Source: Geopsychrobacteraceae bacterium (GTDB lineage: Bacteria > Desulfobacterota > Desulfuromonadia > Desulfuromonadales > Geopsychrobacteraceae). Taken from it: a DNA stretch of 64,000 nucleotides. This document shows, one piece after another, positions 18,252 to 27,663 of the stretch. Positions within the stretch are counted from its first letter, which is position 1, and each line of letters begins with the position of its first letter. Both the position numbers and the translations under genes were made by a program. A model generated the notes under the pieces. That model did no database searches, had not been told where the DNA came from, and was given only the letters and a program-made list of their open reading frames with translations. The DNA is taken from NCBI GenBank assembly GCA_963676795.2, contig CAXXTB010000002.1, positions 576,001 through 640,000 of the forward strand, given 5' to 3'.

Positions 18252-21245
18252 ATGTCATTTGATGCATCCCGTTGGACCCGCTTCCCTGTAAATGATAGTG
18301 CCGTGTGGCTCTGTTCTGACCGGCCGACCTGGTTTGTGCCGACAGCTGCCGGTGACCAGTTGCTGCTGGAATCCCCCTCAACCGATTATGACCGTCAGGC
18401 CTTTCTTGAACGCCTGCCCGATCCACTGGCCGACAGTTACCAGGGGCGGCAGACTCTGGCCGAAGGCCCGCTGGATCTGAAGGAACTCTGGCTGCATATC
18501 ACTGACCGCTGCAACCTGAGCTGCAGCCATTGTCTGTTCTGTTCCGGTCCGGATCAGGCCAGGGAACTGTCCTTCGAGATTCTGCAAAGGCATATTCAGG
18601 AGGCCGCCGACATGGGCTGCCGGATGTTTGCCCTGACCGGCGGTGAGCCGCTGGTCCATCCGCAATTCAAACAGATTATCGCAACCTTGCTGGCCATCCC
18701 CGGCAGCAGAGTTGCGATTCTGACCAATGGCCTGCTTCTCTCCAGGCACCTGGATGAAAGCTGGCCGCGGGAGCGCATCCATCTGCAGGTCAGCCTTGAT
18801 GGCCGACAGGAACATCATGATGCCATTCGCGGTGCCGGAAACTTCGAGCGCCTTGACCAGCAGCTCGACTGGCTGCGCCGGAATCGCTGGCCGTTTACTT
18901 TGAGCTGCTGTGCGACTGCGGACAGCGCGGATGATCTGCCCTGGCTGGTCGATTATGCCGCCGACAAGGGCGCGACCGCCGTCCATCTGATGTGGCATTT
19001 CATCCGCGGGCGGGGGAGTGCTGAGCAGCACATCGATCCGCTTGCGCTGCTGGAACCGCTGCTCTCTGCCCAGACGACAGCCGAACGGCGCGGTATCACC
19101 ATCGACAATATCGACAGCCTGAAAGGGCAGATCTTTTCACCGCCGGGGACCATTCATGACGGTTCAGGCGCAGGCTGGGAAACCGCAGCGATCGGGCCGG
19201 ATAACCTGCTCTACCCGTCGGCGGCAACCATCGGTTTTGAAGAACTGGCCACGTCGCTTGAGACCGGGCTGCACCAGGTCTGGCAGGAAAGCCCGGTTTT
19301 CGAGGCGATCCGTCAGACCAGTGTCGTCCAGCTCAATGATCCCTGGCGCTATCTGCTCGGCGGCGGCGATTTCGATCACAGCTGGCACCATCTGCGCAGC
19401 TTTATGGGCAACGATCCCTATCAGCCGCTCTTTGAACAGCTCGCCCTGCGGCTCATTCATCAGGCGGCGACCCGGCTGGCCGAGCAAGATACCCCGGGGC
19501 TGCGGCTCAAGATGGGAGAACTGCTGATCAGCTGCGGCAGTCACGGCCCGGTCAATCTCTGTCATACCAACTGTCTGCTCTCCCTGCCCGATGCCATGGA
19601 CAGCCGTGAACAGGTCGGCAGCTATTACGCCGACGCGGTCGGGGACAAGCGGCTGGAGATTCTCAACCCGGTCCATTACGATGAACAGATGATGGCCCAT
19701 ATCCCGGCGGCCTATCGCTTTCGTGGCTATGGCTGCGGTAGCCCGGTGCTCGATGCAGAGCTTAAGCCGGGCGAGAAGATGGTCGATCTCGGCTGTGGCA
19801 GTGGGGTCGAATGTTTTATCGCCGCGCGGCTGGTCGGTAGCAAGGGGCAGATCACCGGTGTCGATATGCTCGAGCCGATGCTCGAGGTGGCCCGCAAGGG
19901 GGCTGAGGATGTCCGTCAGGGGCTCGGCTATGACAACCTCGCTTTTGTCAAAGGCTACCTTGAAGAGCTGCCTCTCGAGGATGCGGGGCAGGATCTGGTG
20001 GTGTCCAACTGCGTTCTTAATCTGTCGACCGACAAGCGCCTGACCTTTGCCGAGATCCTGCGCATTCTGCGCCCCGGAGGGCGGCTGGTCGCCGCCGATA
20101 TTGTCTGTGAAACGGAACCGGATGCGGCCATCCTCAATGACGAAATCCTCCGCGATGAATGTATCAGCGGGGCTATGACCCAGAAGGATCTGCTCGGCAT
20201 TCTCGATGAGACCGGTTTCACCGGTTTCCGGGTGATCAAGCGGCTGCCTTACCGAGAAGTGCAGGGGCACCGTTTCTTTTCGCTGACCTTTTGCGTTTTT
20301 AAGCCGGACGCCCAGGAGAAGACCGTTTCCGTTCTCTATCCGGGGCCGGCGGCGTCTCTGATCTCTGCCTCGGGGATCAGGCTGCGCAGCGGTCAGACTG
20401 TCGAGATCCCGAAGGCCGATGCCGAACTGCTCGGTGAGCAGGTCTGGCAACTCGATGAGTTCGGTTTTGTCACCAATGTTGTCATTGAAGCGGGAGCCAA
20501 TTGCGCGTTGCCGCCGGAGTCACGCCCCTCAACGGTTAGCGCTCCGGCTGCCAGCCGTCAGCAGAGCGGCTGCATGGTCTGTGGTGCTGCGCTGGTTTAC
20601 CGGACGGTTGAGGAAAGACAGAATTGTCACTACTGCGGCTGTGAACTGAGCAGCAATGCCTGCTGTGAGCAGGGGCACTTTGTTTGTGACAGCTGCCACA
20701 CCGGCGATACCCTGGAGCTGATCGAACACCTCTGCCAGTCTTCAACAACCACTGACGCCATCGCCCTGTTCAGCAGTATCCGCCAGCACCCGACCATGCC
20801 GATCCACGGGCCGCAGTATCACGCGCTGGTACCGGGGGTGCTGCTCGCCTGCCTGCGCAATGCCGGGCACCCGGTGACAGACGAGCAGCTGCATGCCGCG
20901 ATCGGCCGTGGCGGGGATATTAACGGTGGCAGCTGCGGTTTCTGGGGGGTCTGTGGTGCGGCCATCGGTATCGGTATCGGCTTCAGCGTGCTGCTCGAAG
21001 CCACCCCGGTCAAGGCCGATGAACGCCAGACGGCGCAGCGGATTGTCCATCAGGTTCTTGATGAGATTGCCAGCTATCAGGCCGCCCGCTGCTGCCAGCG
21101 CGATTGCTGGATCGCCCTGCGTACCGGCATGCGTTTCGCCGCCGAGCGCTGGAATCTGGAGATCGAAAAGATCGAACCCTTCGCCTGCACACAGATGGCG
21201 CGGAACCAGGAGTGCCTGGGGATGGAGTGTCCGCTCTGGCCTTGA
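18252..21245 (+). CDS. Fusion protein: radical SAM + SPASM-like + ArsM-like SAM methyltransferase + Cys-rich DUF5714-like domain
   Basis: CNLSCSHC, LTGGEP, TNG, VSLDG; YGCGSP, DLGCGSG, GVDM, SNCVLNL, ECISGA; C-terminal CMVCG, CHYCG, GHFVCDSCH, HGPQYH, CGFWGVCGA, RCCQR. Confidence 0.9.
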   Translation: MSFDASRWTRFPVNDSAVWLCSDRPTWFVPTAAGDQLLLESPSTDYDRQAFLERLPDPLADSYQGRQTLAEGPLDLKELWLHITDRCNLSCSHCLFCSGPDQARELSFEILQRHIQEAADMGCRMFALTGGEPLVHPQFKQIIATLLAIPGSRVAILTNGLLLSRHLDESWPRERIHLQVSLDGRQEHHDAIRGAGNFERLDQQLDWLRRNRWPFTLSCCATADSADDLPWLVDYAADKGATAVHLMWHFIRGRGSAEQHIDPLALLEPLLSAQTTAERRGITIDNIDSLKGQIFSPPGTIHDGSGAGWETAAIGPDNLLYPSAATIGFEELATSLETGLHQVWQESPVFEAIRQTSVVQLNDPWRYLLGGGDFDHSWHHLRSFMGNDPYQPLFEQLALRLIHQAATRLAEQDTPGLRLKMGELLISCGSHGPVNLCHTNCLLSLPDAMDSREQVGSYYADAVGDKRLEILNPVHYDEQMMAHIPAAYRFRGYGCGSPVLDAELKPGEKMVDLGCGSGVECFIAARLVGSKGQITGVDMLEPMLEVARKGAEDVRQGLGYDNLAFVKGYLEELPLEDAGQDLVVSNCVLNLSTDKRLTFAEILRILRPGGRLVAADIVCETEPDAAILNDEILRDECISGAMTQKDLLGILDETGFTGFRVIKRLPYREVQGHRFFSLTFCVFKPDAQEKTVSVLYPGPAASLISASGIRLRSGQTVEIPKADAELLGEQVWQLDEFGFVTNVVIEAGANCALPPESRPSTVSAPAASRQQSGCMVCGAALVYRTVEERQNCHYCGCELSSNACCEQGHFVCDSCHTGDTLELIEHLCQSSTTTDAIALFSSIRQHPTMPIHGPQYHALVPGVLLACLRNAGHPVTDEQLHAAIGRGGDINGGSCGFWGVCGAAIGIGIGFSVLLEATPVKADERQTAQRIVHQVLDEIASYQAARCCQRDCWIALRTGMRFAAERWNLEIEKIEPFACTQMARNQECLGMECPLWP

Positions 21246-21312
21246 GCGAGGATACGCAAAGCCCGACAGGTTCAGAGGAGGCTGTATTGCATATTGAATC
21301 AAAGTTCACAAC

Positions 21313-21526
21313 CGGCGGGGCTCGTCCCGCCAGACGAGGCACTTTTCTGCTGCAGGTCAGAAAAGTACCCAAAAGACCCCGCCCCAATGTCCCCGTCTGC
21401 CTGCGGCAGATTCCTTGCGCTAAGCAATCCGTCGCCGCGCCCGCATAACTCGGGGTTTGCAACCCCTCAGACAAATGCGGTCGTATACCGGCGTCTGATC
21501 GCTCCGCTTCAGCGGAGCCAAAGGGA
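21313..21526. repeat. Highly structured intergenic element (MITE-like repeat or ncRNA)
   Basis: At least five hairpins in about 210 bp between convergent genes. Confidence 0.5.
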
Positions 21527-21564
21527 ACAAGATCGGCAAATCGCAAACCAAGCGGATGGCAAAT

Positions 21565-21885
21565 TCAATCAGCCGAAAATTCCCAGAGATAACTCTTCAA
21601 ATCAATTTTCTCAGAACGAAACACAACTCCCTCACTGACGAGAAGATCCTTCTGCAGCAGATTTCCGTTGCCATCTGTGCGCGGGCTGACTCTGCCCTGG
21701 CTGTTGATGACCCGCTGCCAGGGGACATCGCTGCCGTAGGGAAGGGCGGCCATGGCAAAGCCGACGACCCTGGGCGTCGTATTGGCAATTGCAGCGATAC
21801 GTCCATAGGTACTGACCCGGCCTCTGGGGATCTGCCGGGTCAGCTGGTAGATGCGTTGGTAGAGTGGAGAGTCGTCCTCAGGCAT
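21565..21885 (-). CDS. Alkyltransferase-like (ATL/MGMT-family) protein
   Basis: IPRGRVSTYGRIA, PRVVGFAM, VPWQRVINSQG (Trp at the position of the catalytic Cys). Confidence 0.88.
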   Translation of the reverse strand: MPEDDSPLYQRIYQLTRQIPRGRVSTYGRIAAIANTTPRVVGFAMAALPYGSDVPWQRVINSQGRVSPRTDGNGNLLQKDLLVSEGVVFRSEKIDLKSYLWEFSAD

Positions 21886-22690
21886 GCGACATCAGCACCG
21901 GCAGGGTCATGTATTTGAGCAGGTGACGGCCGGTATCGCCCAGAGTCAGGTTGCCGCGCCGATGCTGACGGGTTGCGCCCATGACCAGCAGCTCCGCGCC
22001 GCTGTCGGCGCAGCGGTTGAGCAGCAGGTCACCGACGCTTAAGCCCCCGCAATTGCGTTTCTCACAGGCGATCGGCAGATTGTAGCGGGCCATGTGCTGG
22101 CAGATGTCGGACTGGTGTTTTTCGAAATACTCATCCCCCTCTTTCCCCTGAATGGTGATGACACTGATCTCGTCCGCTTTTTCAAGGACAGGCATAGCGT
22201 CGTGCAAGGCCCGGGCCGATTCCGGACCGCCCCGCCAGGCGTGAATGATCTTTTTGAAGTTGCCCGGATACTCACCCGCATAGGGGACGATCAGGACCGG
22301 GCGGCCGGAGCCGAGCACGGCATATTCCGGCAGATTTCCGGGAATCGACTGGTCTGCTGCTTCTTCGTCGGTCTGGCTGATGACCAGCAGATCGCGATAG
22401 TGGGCATGCAGATTGATCGCCTGGACAATATCGAGCCCGGATGCATAGGTGTCGACGGAAATCCAGCTGGTTTCGAGTCCCGTTTCCTTCGTCGCCTGTT
22501 CAAACTGCTCCCTGGCCTGGTTCTCGAGGACGTGAACTTCACGCATGTTCCCCAGGTAATGCGGGCGCGGCACAGCATAGATGCCGGTCAGAAGTGACTG
22601 CTGCTGTCTGGCCAGATCGATAGCAACAGCCAGGCGGGAAGCGCAGGTTGGACGGTTGTCGATATGTACCAGAATGTCCTTGAAGTTCAT
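21878..22690 (-). CDS. Tandem-domain universal stress protein
   Basis: MNFKDILVHID, DLLVISQ, GRPVLIVP, LLVMGA, LPVLMSH; GGAG RBS before ATG 22690. Confidence 0.9.
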   Translation of the reverse strand: MNFKDILVHIDNRPTCASRLAVAIDLARQQQSLLTGIYAVPRPHYLGNMREVHVLENQAREQFEQATKETGLETSWISVDTYASGLDIVQAINLHAHYRDLLVISQTDEEAADQSIPGNLPEYAVLGSGRPVLIVPYAGEYPGNFKKIIHAWRGGPESARALHDAMPVLEKADEISVITIQGKEGDEYFEKHQSDICQHMARYNLPIACEKRNCGGLSVGDLLLNRCADSGAELLVMGATRQHRRGNLTLGDTGRHLLKYMTLPVLMSHA

Positions 22691-22722
22691 CGCTTGCTCC
22701 TTTGCGGTTATGAAATGTTGGT

Positions 22723-22847
22723 TCCCTTCTCCCTGAGTACCCAAAGGGCATAAAGGAGAAGGTGCCCCTTGGGGCGGATGAGGGGAGGTTCGCTGTGATT
22801 CCCCTCACCCGTCGCTTCGCGCCACCCTCTCCCCGAAGGAGAGGGGA
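22723..22847. repeat. REP/BoxC-like palindromic repeat, copy 2
   Basis: Same blocks as 3855-3991. Confidence 0.85.
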
Positions 22848-22853
22848 AGCCTA

Positions 22854-23573
22854 TTAGTTTTTCTTCCCCAGATAGGCTTCCTGGATCTTTTCCGAGTTCA
22901 GCAGCTCCTCCGCCGTTCCTGACATGGAAATCCTGCCGAGATCGAGGACGTAACCGCGATCGGCAAGTTTGAGCGCCGCCTTGGCGTTCTGTTCGACCAG
23001 CAGTACGGTCACCCCCTGTTTGGCGATTTCCTTGATCTGCTCGAAGATCGCCTTGACCAGGATCGGCGCGATACCCAGGGATGGTTCATCGAGCAGGACC
23101 ATTTCGGGGTTGCTCATCAGCGCCCTGCCGATGGCCAGCATCTGTTGTTCGCCGCCGGAGAGTGTTCCTGCCAGCTGTTTGCGCCGTTCCGCCAGGCGCG
23201 GAAACAGATCGTAGACCCACTGCAGAGTCTTTTTATCGATCGAGCTGCGGGTGAAGGCACCCAGGGTCAGGTTCTCTTCAACGGTCAGGATGCCGAACAC
23301 CCGGCGTCCTTCAGGGGAGTGACTGATCCCCAGCTTGACGATCTTGTGGGCCGGCATCTGGGTCAGCTCGTGCCCCTTGAAGCGGATAGAGCCCGCTTTG
23401 GCTTTGAGCAGCTGGCTGATGGTGCGCATGGTCGTGGTCTTGCCGGCGCCGTTGGCACCTAAGATGGTAACAATCTCGCCCTTGCGTACGTCGAGCGAAA
23501 TCCCCTTAAGGGCAGCGATGCTGCCGTAGGAGACTTCCAGGTCTTTTATTTCAAACAGAATCTCATCACTCAT
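22854..23573 (-). CDS. livF: HAAT-family ABC transporter ATPase
   Basis: GANGAGKTT, SPEGRRVF, LSGGEQQMLAIGRA, LLVEQN. Confidence 0.92.
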   Translation of the reverse strand: MSDEILFEIKDLEVSYGSIAALKGISLDVRKGEIVTILGANGAGKTTTMRTISQLLKAKAGSIRFKGHELTQMPAHKIVKLGISHSPEGRRVFGILTVEENLTLGAFTRSSIDKKTLQWVYDLFPRLAERRKQLAGTLSGGEQQMLAIGRALMSNPEMVLLDEPSLGIAPILVKAIFEQIKEIAKQGVTVLLVEQNAKAALKLADRGYVLDLGRISMSGTAEELLNSEKIQEAYLGKKN

Positions 23574-24339
23574 CATCATCACTTCCCAGGTAGGCTTCGA
23601 TAACGGCAGGGTTCTGCTGAATCTCCTGCGGCGTACCGTCGGCGATCTTGCGGCCGAAGTTGATACAGGTGAGGTAGTCGGTGACTTCCATGACCATGTC
23701 CATGTCGTGTTCGATCAGCAGCACGGTTGTTCCCTTGTCGCGGATCTTGTAGATGATGTCGCGCAGCTCGATGGTTTCGGCGTCGTTGAGACCTGCGGCA
23801 GGTTCGTCGAGGATCAGCAGCCTGGGGTCGACCGCCATCGCCCGGGCCATCTCGACGCGGCGCTGAACACCGTAGGAGAGTGAGCCGGCCGGGGTTGCCG
23901 CATGCTGGCCAAGGCCGAAGAATTCCAGCTGCTCCTCCACCTTCAGCCAGTTCTCCTTTTCGTCGCGGCGCGAGATCGGGGTCGGGAGGATCCCGTGCCA
24001 GAGCTTCTGCCTGCTGCGGATGTGGCGGCCGCTCATGATGTTTTCCGCGACCGACATCTGGCCGAACAGACGGATGGTCTGGAAGGTGCGAACCACACCG
24101 CGGTCGACAATCTGATAGGGGGTCATGCCGCGGATCTCTTCACCGCACCAGTTGACCGAACCTTCCTCCGATTTGTAGATACCGGTGATGCAGTTGAAGA
24201 CGGTGGTCTTACCGGCCCCGTTGGGACCGATGATCCCGTAGATCTGCCCCTGCCTGACAGTGAAAGACAGGTCATCGACCGCTGTCAGGCCGCCGAAGCG
24301 CTTGGTGACATTATTGAGGATCAGAGTGTTTTCAGCCAT
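23566..24339 (-). CDS. livG: HAAT-family ABC transporter ATPase
   Basis: GPNGAGKTT, RTFQ, LDEPAAG, IEHDM, VIEAYLG. Confidence 0.92.
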   Translation of the reverse strand: MAENTLILNNVTKRFGGLTAVDDLSFTVRQGQIYGIIGPNGAGKTTVFNCITGIYKSEEGSVNWCGEEIRGMTPYQIVDRGVVRTFQTIRLFGQMSVAENIMSGRHIRSRQKLWHGILPTPISRRDEKENWLKVEEQLEFFGLGQHAATPAGSLSYGVQRRVEMARAMAVDPRLLILDEPAAGLNDAETIELRDIIYKIRDKGTTVLLIEHDMDMVMEVTDYLTCINFGRKIADGTPQEIQQNPAVIEAYLGSDDDE

Positions 24340-25285
24340 GATTCGATTCCTTGATCAGAAACTTGGGAATTTTGCCGAACCTGGCCGGCCAGATCCCGCG
24401 CGGGCGCAGAATCATGGCCAGAATCATGGCAAAACCAAAGATGAAGTAGCGCCAGGTGGCAAACTCACGGAAGATCTCCGGCAGGACGAACATGATGAAG
24501 ACGCCGAGCATGACCCCGGGAATCGATGAGCCGCCGACCAGGACGATGCTGAAGAACAGCACCGACTGCATGAAGTTGAAGGCTTCCGGGCTGACCGCTG
24601 AGTACTGGGTGGCGTAGACGGTTCCCGCGAGTCCGGCGATGCCGGCTCCGAGAGCGAAGGCGTAGACCTTGTAGATCCGCGTGTTGATGCCGATGCTTTC
24701 GGCTGCCAGCTGGTCTTCACGCAGATAGTGCAGGGCACGTCCCGGTTTGCTCCGTTCCAGATTGCGCATGACGGCGAATGTGACCAGCAGGACGATCAGG
24801 GCGAAATAATAGACACTGATCTGGCTGGTCAGCTGATGGCCGAAGAGCGACAGTGAATCGAGGCCGAAGATGCCGTTCGGGCCGCCGGTGACACCGCCCA
24901 GGTTGTTTTCCAGGATCTGGACAAAGACGATGTTGAAACCGATGGTCGTGACCAGCAGATAATCGCCGCGCAGGTGGACGATCGGTCCGGCGAGGATGAC
25001 GCCGAAGATCGCCGGAATGATGATTGCCGCCGGGATGGTTGCCAGCAGCGGCCAGCCGAACTGGGAGTTGAGAATCGCCGTGATGTAGGCGCCCATGCCG
25101 AAGAACAGCGCCTGCCCCATGTTGAACATGCCGGCCTTGCCAAGGACCACATCCTGCGACAGGGCGACGACGGAGAAGACCAGGAAGGTGATGGCCACCG
25201 CCTGCCAGCGCGAGTTGAGCGCCCAGGGGAGGATCGCCATGACAATGATAAAGATCAATGGTGCGAATCGATTTAAATTTTTCAT
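24332..25285 (-). CDS. livM: HAAT-family ABC permease
   Basis: Multi-TM, LRGDYLLVTT, TGGPNGI, RPRGI. Confidence 0.9.
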   Translation of the reverse strand: MKNLNRFAPLIFIIVMAILPWALNSRWQAVAITFLVFSVVALSQDVVLGKAGMFNMGQALFFGMGAYITAILNSQFGWPLLATIPAAIIIPAIFGVILAGPIVHLRGDYLLVTTIGFNIVFVQILENNLGGVTGGPNGIFGLDSLSLFGHQLTSQISVYYFALIVLLVTFAVMRNLERSKPGRALHYLREDQLAAESIGINTRIYKVYAFALGAGIAGLAGTVYATQYSAVSPEAFNFMQSVLFFSIVLVGGSSIPGVMLGVFIMFVLPEIFREFATWRYFIFGFAMILAMILRPRGIWPARFGKIPKFLIKESNHG

Positions 25286-26181
25286 CAGACCTTCTCCGCG
25301 ACGCGTTCACCGAGCAGGCCGGTCGGGCGAACGATCAGAATGGCAATCAGCAGGATAAAGGTGAAGGCGTCGGCCCAGGTGCTGGAGACGTAGCCGGAGA
25401 TAAAGGCGTTGAACAGCCCGAGCAGCATGCCGCCGAGCATCGCTCCGGGGATATTGCCGATGCCGCCGATAATGGCGGCGATGAAGGCATAGAGGCCGTA
25501 TTGCCAGCCCATGTTGAAGGTGATGCCGCGATAGTAGAGGCCGATGAACAGGCCGCCGACCGCGCCCAGGGAAGAGCCGATGATGAAGATCAGGGCGATG
25601 ATGCTGCCTACGTTGATCCCCATCAGCCGGGCGGCGTCCTGGTCGATGGAGCTGGCGCGGATCGCCGCGCCGATGCGGGTCTTCTCGATGAACAGGTAGA
25701 GGGCGAGCATCAGCAGCAGCGAAAGGATCAGGATGATCGCCTGGATCAGGCTGATGACCACGCCGCCGAAGTCCCAGTAGACCTGTGGTACCAGCTCGGG
25801 GAAGATGCGCATCTGCGGTCCCCAGATCAGCATGATACCGTTCTGGATGACCAGACTGGCACCCAGCGCCGATACCACGGCCGACAGGCGCGGAGCCGTC
25901 CGTAGCGGGCGGTAAGCGACCCGTTCAAGGACCACGCCGACGACTGCCATGGCGACCGCTGCCAGCAGGAAGATGCCGATGACAGCAGGCAGTGAGGTTG
26001 CCTGGCCCATGACCTGGGTATAGATCGTCAGGCCGACGAATGCGGAAGCCGCGACCATATCGCCATGAGCGAAGTTGATCAGCTTCATGACGCCGTAGAC
26101 CATTGTGTAGCCGAGAGCGACCAGGGCGAACATACTGCCGATGGTCAGGCCGTTGGCCAACTGTTGCAGAAAAATATCCAT
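25285..26181 (-). CDS. livH: HAAT-family ABC permease
   Basis: ALGYTMVYGVMKLINFAHG, GGIGNIPGA, RPTGLLG. Confidence 0.92.
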   Translation of the reverse strand: MDIFLQQLANGLTIGSMFALVALGYTMVYGVMKLINFAHGDMVAASAFVGLTIYTQVMGQATSLPAVIGIFLLAAVAMAVVGVVLERVAYRPLRTAPRLSAVVSALGASLVIQNGIMLIWGPQMRIFPELVPQVYWDFGGVVISLIQAIILILSLLLMLALYLFIEKTRIGAAIRASSIDQDAARLMGINVGSIIALIFIIGSSLGAVGGLFIGLYYRGITFNMGWQYGLYAFIAAIIGGIGNIPGAMLGGMLLGLFNAFISGYVSSTWADAFTFILLIAILIVRPTGLLGERVAEKV

Positions 26182-26370
26182 GGAACTCTATCTCTCCTCA
26201 AATTCGTGCCGGATGGCACAGACATGTCAGATCACCACGCAAAAGCCAAAAGAGGAACCCGTCGTTCCTCCCTTCGCCTTTGAAGGGTAATACCTGTATT
26301 CGGTAATAACAGAGGCGGGCCGCTTACGCTGTGCCCGCCTCCGTGTTTTTTGTCGTGTGGGGCGGGCTCT

Positions 26371-27504
26371 TTACTGCGCGTGAACGACTTTGTATTTGCC
26401 TTCGGCGTCGATGACGAAGGTCATGTAGCTGCTGCCGATCCGGTTGCCGTCCTTGGCGAACTGCAGCGGGCCGGTGATACCAGGGAAGGGCTCCGTCATG
26501 CTCATCAGGTAGTCGGCAGCCTTCTTGGTATCGAAGCTGTTATTTTCTTCCATCGCATGAATGATGACGCGCATGCCGTCAGCATTCATCAGGGTCCAGA
26601 TCGATGGCGGCATCATGTTGTACTTGGCCTGATAGTCAGCCAGGAAGTTCTTGGCGACATCGTAGGGGAGCAGGTCCGGAGTCGGAACGTTGATCAGGTA
26701 TGCCCCTTCAGCTGCGGAGCCGGCCAGTTTGATGAAGTCGGGGTTGTCGTTGGAGTCGCCACCGACAAAGTCAGCCTTGATGCCGAGCGCTTTCTGCTGG
26801 GCACGCAGCTGGCCGCCGTCAGGATAATAGCCGGAGTAGAAGATGACATCCGGGTTCTTCGACTTGATCTTGGTCAGGATCGGGGTGAAGTTCTGGGAGC
26901 CGGCCTTGATTTTGTCGCGGACGATAACATTGCCGCCGGCCTTCTTGATCGACTGTTCGACAGCGGTGCCCAGGCCGTCGGAGTAGCTGGAGAAGTCGGA
27001 GAGAACGACGATCCGCTTGTAGCCCTTGACGTTGACCAGGTAGTCTGCAGCGAAGTCTGCTTCTGCGCTGTTCGGGAAGGAGTTGCGCAGGAATGTCCAG
27101 TAGCCGTGTTCGGTCAAACTGTCTGCAGTGCCGTCCGAGGTCTGCAGCACTCCGGCGTTGAAGTAGGTCTTCTGGGCCGCTTCAGCGCAGGTTGAGGTGT
27201 AGGAGCCGATAACCATGGAAACACCTTTGTTGACCAGGTCTTTGGCACAGATTGCGGCGGCCATGGCGGTGCCCTGGTCGTCACAGGTGATGACTTCGAT
27301 CTGCTTGCCCATGACGCCGCCTTTGGCGTTGATCTGCTCGGCCAGCAGGCGGACAGAGTTATCGATCCCCTGACCTTCATTGGCATAGTCGCCGGTGATC
27401 GGCGCCTGAACCCCGACCTTCAGGGTGTCGGCGGCCATGGCCGGAGCGGCAAGCAGGGCAATAGCGCAGCAAGCCATCACAATTTTTCCGAATCTTTTTT
27501 TCAT
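26371..27504 (-). CDS. HAAT-family periplasmic binding protein, probably proline-binding by context
   Basis: Signal peptide, APITG, INAKGGV, GITGPLQF; adjacent to proline catabolic genes. Confidence 0.9.
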   Translation of the reverse strand: MKKRFGKIVMACCAIALLAAPAMAADTLKVGVQAPITGDYANEGQGIDNSVRLLAEQINAKGGVMGKQIEVITCDDQGTAMAAAICAKDLVNKGVSMVIGSYTSTCAEAAQKTYFNAGVLQTSDGTADSLTEHGYWTFLRNSFPNSAEADFAADYLVNVKGYKRIVVLSDFSSYSDGLGTAVEQSIKKAGGNVIVRDKIKAGSQNFTPILTKIKSKNPDVIFYSGYYPDGGQLRAQQKALGIKADFVGGDSNDNPDFIKLAGSAAEGAYLINVPTPDLLPYDVAKNFLADYQAKYNMMPPSIWTLMNADGMRVIIHAMEENNSFDTKKAADYLMSMTEPFPGITGPLQFAKDGNRIGSSYMTFVIDAEGKYKVVHAQ

Positions 27505-27663
27505 CTGTACCTCCGTAAATGGAATTAGGGTAAAGCGCGTGCAATAAATTATCCCTGATATTCGTGTCCGTTGAGGCCCGGATCGCTCCTCCGAGCTTCA
27601 TGGACCATCTGCAAGATTACAATTAAAGTACAGTCGTTACAACCGGTTGCAAAAATATGTTGG

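Noticed and set aside
19164..20450. 428-aa antisense ORF
   Set aside because: Shadow of the radical SAM fusion in GC-rich DNA; no recognisable motifs
22691..22744. N-terminal extension of the USP ORF (and similarly 28573-28644 for PRODH)
   Set aside because: These starts lie inside the REP-like repeat; downstream ATGs have an RBS and match family N-termini
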